64,000 nucleotides of DNA from the NCBI RefSeq assembly GCF_009914755.1, contig NC_060945.1. One strand, written 5' to 3'. Every line of letters begins with the position of its first letter. Position 1 is the first letter of the stretch. The stretch is from the human T2T-CHM13v2.0 reference genome, Homo sapiens. The position numbers were made by a program, and so were the translations under genes. The notes beneath the pieces are model-generated. The model was not told the DNA's origin. It searched no databases and was given only the letters and a program-made list of their open reading frames with translations. Positions 41,102 to 57,481 of this stretch are shown in pieces.

Positions 41102-43339
41102 TCTCACCTCCATTAAAAGGGTTTTTGCTTTGGAGTTTTGTTAACTTTCGTTCTTTGGAGTAATAATATTTCTCTTGTGTATGGCACTGAATACATTTGT
41201 CAATAATACGTCAAAAAAAAAAACACTTGGCTTCTTAATACTTGGAAATACGTACATATTCCTTACTATGTAAAACACTTTATTTATTTTGTAAAAATAT
41301 GTTTAAATATGAATAAAAATACTGTAACCCAAAGTAGTTGCCTACTTTTAAAAATGAAACTTGTAAAAATAAGAGGGAGCCCAAACCACATAGAAAGTCT
41401 TAGTTTATTTTGGTAGACTTGCTTTTTATAGGCATTGGTTTAAAGTGATTCTTTTCAGAGACATCCTTTGAGAAGTTAAAATTGCAGAGGCTTACGCTTT
41501 CTTTTATTTCAAATATGCATAGTGATTAACCAGGAATAAGGATTCTCCCATGTTCTGCCTGTTAAGAGCAAACAGATCTGGAGAACGGAAGCCCACCCTG
41601 CCTCCCTTTTCCATCTGAAGCAGTGCGGGGAGGCTGGCTCCTCTCTTTGTTCCCAGACTCCAGGGCAAGGGGCGACCATGCTGTATATGCTGTGCCTTGG
41701 GGGACCCCCAGAGGCTGCGCTCTGTGGCCTGTGCTCCCCCGACCTGTGCACCCGCACCCCAGTCGGCCACTTGCTCTCACATCAGGCAACGTCAGCCTGC
41801 TGCAGTGAAACTCAACCATGATTTTCCTTTGCACACAAATCCTTCCTACTTCCACCACTCCCTAGCAGAGTTCCCAGTGCCAGAGAGCACTGCTGGGGTG
41901 GGGGTGGGGACAGGAAGCCCAGTTATTGCTGTGTTCTATTTTAGGGGGCACTTCCTCAAGAGTCCCCTTGAAACCCGTTACCAGCCTGGAAGGGAGGATA
42001 TCTTGCCTTTTACAAAATACGGTCGATACTCAATGCACAGCCTCTAAAACAAGGGCTACTCCAGTGTTCTAAAAGCACACGCCAATCCTGAGTTTAGTGA
42101 CCACATTTTAAAGATCATCAGGAAAATGCCAAGTTCCCATTAAGACTTTAAAGCTCCTTGAGATCCCAGGTTGCGGGGTGCATAAATGGCCCAAATCGGA
42201 GAGTGTGCTATAGCAGGTAGACAGGTTTCGCTAACACGAACAGCTATCAGTAAAATGCCTTTATTCAGCTAATTCTATAGAAGCGGAGTTTTGAGAGTCT
42301 TTGGTTCATGTGAGGCAAAATCAGGTTTATGGAAAACGCAGCATCTGCTTCAAGGCTGCTTCATCTCTCTCAGGACAACTGAGTCTCCTGCGTGAGGGAG
42401 GAGCGCCTGCTGGAAAGCACAGAGCACAGCAGTATGCCCGGAACATCTCCATAGCCTTTGACAAGGCCACACTTCATTAGTTTTAATTTGCAGAAAGGAA
42501 ATTAAATGATAACATTTTTTCCCAAAGCAGAGTGTCCAGAATAGGACTTCAGCTTAAAACAAAACATAGCATGTTTTTCATTAAATAACCCCCAAAGAAA
42601 TTCAAAAAGTGATGATGGCAGCTCTGAGAGAGGGCTTGCCTTATATTACAAAGTCTGAGAAATGAAACCTACATCGTTAGCCTCGAGATCTTTGTCCCTG
42701 ATGATATTCTGCAGATGCCCTCTCAAGGGTAAGTCCATTTTGTAATTTGGGGATGGTGTGGACTTGTATTTTACTTAAGTTTCTAACTAATTTTGAAAGA
42801 AGGCTTGGGCATTTGGAGAAGAGTGGTTTTTTTTGTGTTTTTTGTTTGTTTGTTTTTTGAGAAAAATAATTCTAATTGAAGCCTCATTTCCAAAAATTAC
42901 TTTTTAAGTTCTTTTAATGTTTCATTTCCAAAAAATATATATTGGGTATTTTTTCATAGGGCTGTCCTGTGCCTGGCTAAAGGTAGACAGACTATACTAA
43001 AAACCACAAGTTTCTGGAATTAGCCTGACTGGGTAAGACCTGGATAAAGATGGTGCTAGTTTACAATGAAGGGATTTTGTTCAAAGCTGAAAGCTCCATC
43101 AAACTTTCTTTCCACTAATTTCAGCTGGGACTGGAAGAGAGAAAACTGGACAAAAATTGGCCTTTTAAAAAGCTGAAAAGTAATGAGTATGATTCATAAG
43201 TTCAACAGAGATAGGAGGGACATGGAAAAGGCATGGCGTACATCTGGGAATAGCGAATGCATATCAAAAGGCTTCATTTCTTTTGTTCTTTCATGAGGCT
43301 TGTAGCACATCAAATTTTGAATGTCTTCTTTTAAAGCTA

Positions 43340-43385
43340 TGTGCGCACACACGCACGCACACACATATGCGGGCACACACACACA
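43340..43385. repeat. Imperfect (CA)n in the HLCS 3' UTR
   Basis: Alternating purine-pyrimidine run. Confidence 0.75.
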
Positions 43386-44440
43386 TCCTCCCTCTGAACT
43401 GATGGTGTTTAGTATCGATAACATTTTCTTTCTTGGTAATACGAGGTAAATGAGGGGGGCAAAAACTTATGACTTCTGAGTAAAATGCCATGTCTTCTAT
43501 ATTCCGTGAGCTGCACAGTCTTGCAGGAATGCTCCACATTTCAGAGTAAATCTGAAACTGGCTTAAAAGCTCCAAATCCTCCCTTGTATGTGGTATGAGT
43601 GTGCCTTCATCTCCAGCTGTCAGAGCCAAATCGCCCACCTCCTCATCCAAGTGATGCCTAATCAGACATTTAAGGATTCTGAACTTGATCCTGTCTCTTC
43701 ACAATATGTAGTAAATTTAAACTTACTTAAGAAAGTCAGTCCCTAACTAAGGACATTTAAACTTCCTTAGGAAAGGAGAGCTCACTGAATGATGTCAAAG
43801 TAATGAACTGATTTCCTCTACAAGGTCACTGCAACCACACCAGCTAGCTCTATCTCTACAGGCATTTAGACTTCGCTATGGGGCCACACCACCGGGTGGA
43901 CAGTAACTCTTGGAAGTCTGTCTTCCCTTTTCTTCATTAATAAAAACACAGAACAATGACTAAGTGTCCAAGCATGTTCTTACAGTTCAGTACCTCCCCA
44001 GATGCTTACAAACAGTGATAGCATACCTCTAACTCACCACTGGCCTGGGCGCAAGAGCATATTTTGGTTTGTTTTTTCATAGACTAGGGGTAAAGGTCTG
44101 CACTACTAAGAAAATATCTGAATTTTCCCATTGTCATTTCCATGTAAAAACTCCCCTTGACAATAAACGTAAGTCCAAGCCACAGAGGGGAGAGCAATTT
44201 CCCACCTGTGGGAGGGCTTTCCCTAAACTAAATTTTCTACTTCTTAACCATCTATCCCAGAGCCTCTTCAAACACCAAAGAAAACGACAACAAAACAAAC
44301 CTAAAAACAAACAGAAACACAGAAAAAGAACAAAGACTTAACAAATGAATTGGAGGAAAAGAAAATTCACCTACAACTCTAAATTAGATTTCCAGATGCA
44401 TGGGCACGGACAGGCAGCCGCGTCTCGGGGACGCCCGGCA

Positions 44441-44857
<417 letters not shown>

Positions 44858-45109
44858 TCACTCCTCCTAATTCTGGTCATCTGCGGTGATGGCTGGAACC
44901 ACTTCCTCACCTCCCAGCGCTTTTAAGAAACACTGTGCAACTCTAGGTTTTTTGGCTGAGATTGGAGGAAAATAGGCCGAGTTGGCAAACAATGTTTTAT
45001 CTTATAAAACAAAGTTGGCTCATATCAGCCACAAGTGAAACTCATCCTGATCCTACTTCTTTTGAATATTTTCCAAATGTACTCAAGTCACGTCCTTCTT
45101 AACAGCTTT

Positions 45110-45900
<791 letters not shown>

Positions 45901-45949
45901 CGCAGACCTGACATTTTTGCAGGGCACAGGCCTGTTGTTGTGGAATCAG

Positions 45950-46097
45950 TGAGCGGTCCTCGGACTTCAGCTGCATGAGAATCCCTGGAGTATCTGTTAT
46001 GACACAGGGTGCTGGGCCCAGCCCAGGGGTTTCTGATGCAGTAGCCCCTGGTTGAGGCTGAGGCTGCTTCCTGGGATCTCACTTTGAGAACCACTGT
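45950..46097. mobile_element. MER5A-like hAT-Charlie element, internally deleted
   Basis: gctgggccc...tttctgatgcagtag...cactttgagaaccactg hallmark sequence. Confidence 0.75.
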
Positions 46098-46351
46098 TAC
46101 CTGGAAGGTTTGACAATTTAGATGCGTCTATTGTTTCCTCACAATTAGAATCAGATTAAACCAATGTTAAACTCTCTCACTATTTCGGTTCTTCCCATCG
46201 CATCCCACCAGGAGGCATAAGATGCCCGTTTGCTCCATTACTTGTGATGCTAACTTGGTCAAGGTGGTGTCCCTGCAGTTTCTCTAACAGAGACACAGAA
46301 AATAATCATTCAGACCAGTGCTCGGTCCCTCATTTTAAGATACTGAACTAC

Positions 46352-46673
46352 GGCCGGGCGCGGTGGCTCACACCTGTAATCCCAGCACTTTGGGAGGCCA
46401 AGGCGGGCAGATCACAAGGTCAGGAGATCGAGACCATCCTGGCTAACACAGTGAAACCCCACCTCCACTAAAAATACAAAAAATTAGCCGGGTGTGGCGG
46501 CGGGCACCTGTAGTCCCAGCTACTCAGGTGACTGAGACGAGAGACTGAGGCAGGAGAATGGCGTGAACCCGGGAGGCGGAGCTTGCAGTGAGCCAAGATC
46601 ATGCCACTGCACTCCAGCCTGGGCGACAGAGTGAGACTCCGTCTCAAAAAAAAAAAAAAAAAAAAAAAAAAAA
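46352..46673 (+). mobile_element. AluY-like with A28 tail
   Basis: Y diagnostics (gagatcgagaccatcctggctaacac, gaatggcgtgaacc, gagcttgcagtg); TSD aagatac(t/a)gaactac. Confidence 0.95.
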
Positions 46674-46696
46674 GATACAGAACTACTAAGATACTA

Positions 46697-47062
<366 letters not shown>

Positions 47063-47994
47063 TCATTTCAGATTTCGTGTCTCTAACCACTTGAAGAGTG
47101 ACATGTATTTCTGTCCATCTTCCTTTTTGTCCTTCTTTTATTATTCTTGTTCAAGCTAAAACCATCTCAACCTTACTGCAAATAAAAAGGTGGGAAAAAA
47201 GAAAGCCACATTTGATTCAATTTAATTCAATAGAAGCTATTAAATATGGGACAAAACGTATCAGTGTTGCCTCTGAAATAAGTGGTCTACCAAGCATTGT
47301 AGCTCTGCACTGAGTCCAGGAGAGAATAAAATCTCTGGTTTCTTCTCCTGCTTGAATAACAGATCCCACGCTTGAAAATAGAGTTTTATTCAGGACTTGG
47401 GAAGTAAACTCTGGACTCAGAGATTTCAAACCTTGGTCATGGCATAACCCTAGAAATGCATCTTTTAATACTTTATTCTTGGAAGTCTTTGGTGCTAAGG
47501 TTACGCTGTTGGCAAGACGCCGACTCATGTTCAGTGGCTTTTTGCAGGGTCCTAAACCAAGGCTTCATGAGAGTTACCAGGGATGGTGTCTGAATAGGCT
47601 TATCTGTGCAGTTACTTAACACCACTATCCTCTCCAGGCAGAGGGCGGTGTCTTCAGAAAAGCTGGACTTCAGTGTTCAGCAGGGCCCTGAATCGGCCTG
47701 CGAGAGGTCTTCAGTAAGAAATGAAATACTGCAAAAACTAAGCAGTAAGAAAACTACCATGTTTTCAGTGACTTTAAGAAAAAAAATCCCCAAAACATTC
47801 GCCACAGGCAGAACAATGCCATTTGTAACAACAGCCTTCCCGGCAAGTGTCCTGCCGTTTCCAGTGTGAAGGGAAGGATTGACTGGTCTCAGATTTTAAA
47901 ACAATATACTGGCTATTAAAATACAAAGCAATTGTCAATTACCTCTGGAAAAAAGACAAGTAACTACAGCAACAGGGGCAGGACTTGCAGTTGC

Positions 47995-48125
47995 TCACGT
48001 ATTCATTCATTCAATACATACAGGATCTGAAGCACCTACTGAACGTTCGTAAGGCATTAAATCAAGTGCTGTACAGCACTGAAAATTCTCCCGTGTTCAG
48101 AAAACTGGAATTCCTAGGAGGAGTA
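47995..48125 (-). mobile_element. L2 3' end fragment
   Basis: attcattcattcaa...agcacctact tail signature. Confidence 0.55.
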
Positions 48126-48285
48126 GCAACACTCACTACTGGCCACTTAGGCTATGTCCTTCTAAGGACCGGTGAGCACCCTGCTGGCTGCTCTGAATCC
48201 CCAAAGTCAGAGACCCCATCCTATGGCCTTCAGAATTCAATAAAAGCTATGGGTTCTCACCATAGGAAAATGTTTCATTCCCCTA

Positions 48286-48772
48286 CTTTATTTTTTATTT
48301 TTATTTATTTATTTTTTGGAGACGGGGTCTCACTCCAGTTGCCCAGACTGGAGTGCAGTGGAGCCCTCATAGCGCACTGCAGCCTCAACCTCCTGAGCTC
48401 AGGTGATTTTCCCATCTCAGCCTCCTGAGTAGCTAGGACTACAGGCAGGCACCACCACGCCCAGCTAATTTTTTGTATTTTTAGTGGAGACAGGGTTTCG
48501 CCATGTCACTCAGGCTGGTCTCGATCTCCTGGACTCAAGCAATCCACCCACCTCAGGCTCCTGAAGTGCTGGGATTACAGGCATTGAGCCACCACACCTG
48601 GCCTATTTTTTATGTTTTATTTTTGAAACAGGGTCTCACTCTGTCATCCAGAATGGAGTGGAGTGGCTCGATCAAAGCTCACTGTAGCCTTGAACTCCTG
48701 GGCTCAAGTGATCTACCTGCCTCAGTCTCGCAAGTAGCTGGGATTATGAGCTCAAGCCACTACGCCTGGCCT
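48286..48772 (-). mobile_element. Two adjacent antisense Alus (full J-type 48286-48603; partial 48615-48772)
   Basis: Antisense Alu consensus. Confidence 0.9.
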
Positions 48773-48896
48773 TCGCTTACCCCACGCTGATAACATTTGT
48801 TAGCTCCCTGAAGCCATCCATGAGCCTGCTTGTGGCCCCTACCTAGGAATCTCTGCATCAACTGCAATTACTCACTTAAAGATAGGAAATGGGGGA

Positions 48897-49191
48897 GACT
48901 GGGCAAGTGGCTCACGTCTGTAATGCCAGCACTCTGGGAGGCCGAGGCGGGCGGATCATGAGTTCAGGAGTTTGATACCAGCCTGGCCAACATAGTGAAA
49001 CCCTGTGTCTACTAAAAATACAAAAAAATTAGCTGGGTGTGGTGGCGGGCACCTGTTCTCCCAGCTACTTGGGAGGCTGAGGCAAGGAGAATCACTTGAA
49101 CCTGGGAGGCGGAGGCTGCAGTGAGCCGAGATTGCACCACTGCATTCCAGCCCGGGCAACAGTGCTGGACTCCATTTCAAAAAAAAAAAAA
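48897..49191 (+). mobile_element. Alu (S-type)
   Basis: TSD aaagataggaaatgg. Confidence 0.95.
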
Positions 49192-49889
49192 GATAGGAAA
49201 TGGAGCTTTAAGGGTATGAAGTAGCTTGCCTAGAATAATATTGCCCCTTGGTGGCAGAGCTGGTAACACAGGCCTTGTATTCCCTGGCTGGCACTTGAAA
49301 CACATGGTTACATGTTTTTTGACCATTGCTGGTTTCTGAACACAGATTAGGTTCTACTGCCACAGAGTGAGGCTGATGACTGGACGGCCAGGAACCTAAG
49401 GACTTCTGAGATTGCCTCTGAATCCATCTTCTTGCCTGATTTGGATGTGCTAAGGTGAAACAGGGATTCTTTACCCCGCCTTGACCAGCATGGAGCTTCT
49501 TCTGAAGGTTAAAATGATGCCAGCTCTTTCATGGCCCAGGAAGGTCACGATAAGAATGCAAGACACCAGGAGAACTATTTAGGAAATTAACTTTTCTTTT
49601 TCTTATTACAGAATAGAACGTTAAATGTTTATTTTCACCATTTCAAATTCAATGAGTAGCAGGAGTGTGGAAGGATGTAGGAACATACCTGTTTGATGTG
49701 ATACCACTTTGGTGGTTCCCGTGGTCACACACAGAAAATGCCAAACCCTGTGAAGTGCTTTCGACCAATCTCTCTGCATCTATACCCTGCTCCAAAACTA
49801 CAAGACTCAAAGTAACCTCATATGATAATCTGCTCCTGCCAATGTAGGCATGCATAAACCGTCTTTATTTTTATTGTTTTATTAATCTA

Positions 49890-50036
<147 letters not shown>

Positions 50037-50523
50037 CTAAAGGGAAATCTGCACATTAATTAAGCCGTCACAGGACACAAGGGGCCCAGGCAAGTCACTG
50101 AGCTAAGGGAAGATAAGCAGAAACCAAGGTAACATGGGCCTCGTCCTCTCCTCTTTTTCAGGCAGCTAATCACTTCTTTGGGACAATCCGATATTGAAGT
50201 GCCTCTTGGGGCCAGGAGGTAAAAGCCCTGAAGAACACAGTTGACATAAACCCCAGCATTCTTCCCCATCCCCCAGCACTGTTTCTCATCATCCAAAACC
50301 CTTTCTGAAGATGCTTACCTTGTAAATGAAGTTCATTATGTCAGTATCCACCACCACCACCACCATGGAGTAGCTAACTAACGTGCTAGGGCCAGAGGGT
50401 GGGGAGAGAATAGTAATCTCAGGGGGCGTCTCCCTTCAGGAACCCATGCTTGAGAGACAAAGATGGCCCTGAATTAACCAAGGTCACAAAAGGCAGGTAG
50501 AAATGTCTTGAGTAGCAGGCAGT

Positions 50524-50876
<353 letters not shown>

Positions 50877-51711
50877 CTAATGGTCATCTTGGGTAATGGA
50901 ACTGGACTTGTCATGTGGCCTATTGCCTCTGCGTCTTGAATGGTGTGGCCTGGGGGTGGGGGGGCTCTCCCTGTCATCAGCTTACAGAATGGACCAACAC
51001 TGGACAGTGTCTCGAACAAGGCCACCCAGGCCTCTGCCTATCCACTGTGACTCTGAAGTTGGGACACAGAGACGGGGCTAGCCGAGTGGGTGTCAGAACC
51101 ACCAGGTCTTTTAGACCTCGGGCTGGCAGCCAGGCTGTGCCATGTGTGGGTAAAGGAAGCCTGTCTGGAGATGCAAGGCTGGAAGAGAACATTCAGCAAA
51201 ATAAAGCTAAGGGAGCAGAGAGTAGCTGATGGCCTCCAAGGGCCACGGGGCTGGTCTTCCCACGTTGCAGGCCGGGCATGGCACCAAGCACCTTCTCAGC
51301 ATTAGTCTACGTGTTACTCACACCCAGCCTATGTGTTGGTGCTAGCGCATCCCCAGGGAACAGAGGGAGAAACGGAAGCTTAGAGAAATTATGTGGCTTG
51401 CCTGAGGTTATAGCACTTGAAAGCCACGGAGCTAAAATTCAAACCTTTCTGCCACCAGGCCTGGGTGAGGAATCCTATGCTACGCGGCCTGTTGCTTCCA
51501 TGAAATCCCTTCCTCCTTCCAACAGGCCTTCTTTTGACTTCGGCCCGTTAGAGCATATTGGAAGCTCATCTGCCCTAAAACAGTAGTTTAGGCTGAGAGA
51601 AAAAATACAGGAATAGGAGCACAGGAGAACAAAAAGTCTAAGTAAACCAAGCATGGGGGGTGCGCAATGACCCAGAACTGATCAACAGCTTCACGTTTCT
51701 TTTCTCTCTAG

Positions 51712-51908
51712 AACGGGGGTTCTCAGTGGGAGAGGGGTGGATTTGGCGATACTGGGAGACTTCCCTGGTTGTCACAGCCTGAGGGAGTGCTACCGGCGTC
51801 TAGAGAGTAGAGGCCGCAATGCTGACACACATCCTTTAAGGCACAGGACATCCCCACGACAAACATGCCAGGGCCCACATATCAATAGCACTGGGCTGAG
51901 AAAGTCTC
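51712..51908. mobile_element. MER20-like hAT-Charlie element
   Basis: ggttctca...ggttgtcacagc...gtctagagagtagaggcc...gcacaggaca...tcaatagcactgggctgagaaa pattern. Confidence 0.75.
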
Positions 51909-52309
51909 CTCTAGGAAACCTGTGTCTAGGAGGCTCTGCTCTTCATCACTGCCCCCAGTTCCCTTTCCTTCCCCTCTCTCGCCTTCCCACATCCCCCTGT
52001 GCCCACCACATGGCCAGGGGAATGAGCCCCTGCCTCGCCGGCGGGAGGACACCTGCAGAGTTCCCAGAGCTGTCAAGCTCCTCCGCCACGTGCGTGGCAG
52101 CTGGTGCCTGGGCGGGCCCTGCACTTGGGCTCCAGCTCGCCTTCATGGCTTCAGATCTCATCGGCTCATGAAGCAGCTCATGAAACTCTGGGTTCTCACG
52201 CAGGTAAACAGGACCAGCATTTCCACATGAAGAGGAGGACTGTGTGCTCATTTTTCATTTTCTCAATCATTTATTCCAACAGCTGCTGTGATCCTCCCAC
52301 ATAAAAAAA

Positions 52310-52545
52310 GACCAAAATGAAACAAATCCTGCTTTTGAAGAGCTGCTAACATCATGGGAGACGGAACAGGTGCACACATCACTCCTCTTCAAAGCCACAC
52401 GTGGTGGATACCCTAAAAGAGGCTTCAACATGGCAAGTGCTGGACAGTGCTGGAGGAAAGAGCTGGAAGTAGCTGGAGGGTCTGAGAATGGCACTGGAGC
52501 TGGGCCTTAAGGATGAACAGAATTTTAAGAAGCAGAGAAGAGAGC
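52310..52545 (-). mobile_element. L2 fragment
   Basis: aaatcctgc...gagct...gagctgggccttaaggatgaacagaatttt pattern. Confidence 0.55.
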
Positions 52546-53140
52546 AGGGGTAGGGGTGTGTGGGTGGAGGGAGGGTGCGGGGCCCAGGGGGACTTCATGG
52601 ACAGAAGAAAGAGCAGGAGTGAGAATGGGCGGCCCAAGGCGAGTTCCGGAAGGAATGCCTGCATCCCAGCGAGGCCGCCTTGGGTCTGGGGAGGGTGGTC
52701 ATGATTTGTGTGCTGACGGTGACATCTGGTTAGGGACCACTTGGGGTCCTAGTGAAGGCCACACAAAAAGTGAAATCCAAACAACAGGGGCCTATTTCAA
52801 TCAAAGTAGCTGCACTGTGTCAGCTAACTTGACTATGTTAAAAAAGAAACCCAATTCAAAATCAAATGTCCCATCACACAGGTGAGGCTGGGTAGCTGAC
52901 TGCAGAAGAGGGAAAGAACATTGGTACAAGCTTCTTAAGGAGAACGGGAACACAAATTCCCCCGACCCCGTTCACCGCTGAAGGCAAGCTTCCCACTTCC
53001 ATCCTGGCCTCCAGCGCCTGGCGCACGCAGCCTCTGAGCACAGCAGGCCCTCAAAGAATGCTCGCTAAGGGAACTAGTGGGGCTCCAAGGTCAAAGTCAG
53101 AGCCATGAAAAAGCTAAACAGACCAAACAGACTCATTTAA

Positions 53141-53532
<392 letters not shown>

Positions 53533-54311
53533 TAGACAGAATGCACAGCTCAGGTGCTCAAGGCCGGGCACCTGAAGCCCTGTAATGGTGTGATGCCCCC
53601 AAACCATCAGATATGCAAGGATGCTGGGTGCCTGGTAGTAAGCGTCCGTTTCAGCGATGTGATGTAATACAGGAAACAGAGATGTCAGCATTAACTACAT
53701 CTGTGGAATACCAAAAATTCATACACAGCAAATACATCACAGAGGGATTTAAGGGGCAGTGAGAAGGACCTTTTCTTCAATGAAATGATGACAGGACCTC
53801 CAAGTCTCCTTTGAGAGTCACGCTCTTAACATCTTGCTTCAGGAATCAATCCAATCATTTCTCTTTAGCCTGACATAGGAGCTGCTGGGGGAGGGAGGCA
53901 GGAATCTCCTATTTATACCCATATGAAATTCTTCCAGGAACATTTGGGAGGGGGCTATGGGAAGTGAAGCCCAAGTAGGGAAGAAAATGCTTCGGTCACT
54001 GAGCTAATTGTTCCCTGTTGCTTGTCTTTTTAATAACTGACAACAAAACATCCAACAGTAATAAGGAAGCAGGCACACGGGTCCTAATAGCTGGGGGAAG
54101 ATGGCCCCAAGTGGATCTGCACATTGTATGTGGTCAACAGTGGATAAAGGATAGCTCTGCTAGAGCACAGAGTCTGGTAAACAGAAGTAGGAAATGAGAA
54201 AGGTTTTTAGGTCCCCAAATAACCCTTTTCAACAGAAAATGCAGATGAACAACTTCAATCCAGTCCAACAATCAAATCTCATCCAGTGCTTCAAACAAAA
54301 AACAAACATGC

Positions 54312-54938
<627 letters not shown>

Positions 54939-55140
54939 CTAAAGCGTTGCCCTCATCAGGCTGTTTGAGAAATCTGAAAAACTGGGTAGAAAGGGAGTTC
55001 TGGGGAATGAATGCATTCAGGCAAGCCTGAAGCAGCATTAGCACCTGGTGGTGCTCTGAAAACTCCGAGAGCACTTTGCTGCCAGCTGTGCAAAGGGTAG
55101 GCTGAGGTTCTACAGCCACCAATTATGCAAGCACATGCTA

Positions 55141-55464
<324 letters not shown>

Positions 55465-55833
55465 TTATTACAATGCTTATTGTATTACAATGCTTATTAT
55501 ATTCTGGGCTTAATAAAAGAAAAGCTTTTTAAAATCTGAAGCTCTGTTGCTGAAAAAGTTTCCAATAATTAGCATAATGTTCTGCTTCTGTGAGCATATC
55601 ATTTGTGCCTTGATGACTCAGAGTCTTACAGCGTCTGAACATGACTATATGACTATAGGTTTAATTCCCAGCATATGGTCATGAAGGCAAACACAGACAT
55701 TGGGAAACTGAACTGAATCTATACTGATCCATGAGAGGTCCTGGAAGCCACTGTTTAGAAGCAATTCCTATTGTGGCGATGGTTGCTCAGCCCAGCAAAT
55801 ATGCCATTAAATAAGAGCCACAGAACTGTGTAC

Positions 55834-56518
<685 letters not shown>

Positions 56519-57413
56519 ACTTTTCTTAAAATTGAAGTTAGAAAAATAGAAGAATCCAAATGAGAGGTAGAGTTCATCAAAGTTCTTCTTGAATGTCTTT
56601 TTCAAAAAACAAAAAAAAAAATCCACATATTGAGATCCATAGCTTTTGACAAAAACATTTTTTTTTTCCATTTGAATTATATTTGAAAGACATGGTTCAG
56701 GAGAAAGAAGTGGAGAACAGCAGATTTCTTATTTCTTTGGTTCTTATGAAAAAGTCATAAGAGGCTGTGAGAGTGAGAAGCACATGTGGGTGAGCCTGGC
56801 ACTGGCTGGAGCAGGGAGGGGCCAAGCCCCGTGGAGCAGCCCCTGTACAGGGTCAGACCCCAGATGGGTCTGGGAGGATGTGGGCTCTCGTCTCCGGGAT
56901 CTGCAGGTGGTGGAGCCCTGGGCAGCGCTCTGCTTCTCTGTGGTCACTGTGTGAATGGGCACTGATGCAGAGCCCACCATGTACATGCAAGCCCAGCCCA
57001 GGGCCAGCTGGGGTGAGAACTGGCATGCAAAAGGCCTCCCACATGACGCTCAGTACAGACACAGAAGGCTCCTTATGGAGAACCTTCAGGAAAATAAACG
57101 TCTCTAGAGCACAGTGACGATCCCCAAATTGGAAAGCCCGGAATTCATGTAGGTCACATTTGCCATCACAGGCAAATGTCCAGTGATTCATAAGCATTAT
57201 GATTTGACAGAATGCTTTAGTTCTACTAAGGGTGAACCTTCTGATCACTGCTTCCCTCTTCCTCTTCCTCCATTCCAGGCGGTTATGAAAACAGAAACTA
57301 CTAACTTGAGTCCCCCAGATGATCAGCACACACATTCAATGGGCTCCTGGGCCACAAGAGTTGCAGAGTTTAGAAAACAGAAGTAACAGCAATGATCACA
57401 AAAGATGACTGAC

Positions 57414-57481
57414 CTTTGCCCTCGGTCTGCCGGGCCGCGATCACTATTAAGCCCATTTCCTGCGGTGTCTGAAACATCAGC
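57414..57481 (-). CDS. HLCS: HLCS exon [22 protein letters not shown](G)
   Basis: cttcggcag acceptor, 68 nt, AAG|gtcagt donor; Q-x-x-G-K-G motif. Earlier exons lie beyond the window end. Confidence 0.96.

Larger units (their letters stand above)
41080..44440 (-). other. HLCS: HLCS 3' UTR (may extend to about 38820)
   Basis: Downstream of the HLCS stop; Alu-free; several minus-strand AATAAA (plus-strand TTTATT) at 42260, 41503, 41404, 41279 and 41096. Confidence 0.75.

Noticed and set aside
47632-49260. CTCF-like motifs (CAGGCAGAGGGCGG about 47634; TGCCCCTTGGTGGC about 49242)
   Set aside because: Both have mismatches at informative positions; cannot be supported without PWM scores or ChIP data.
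52547-52592. G-quadruplex-like G-run cluster in an HLCS intron
   Set aside because: Common in GC-rich introns, next to an L2 relic, far from splice sites, and C-rich on the HLCS RNA strand.
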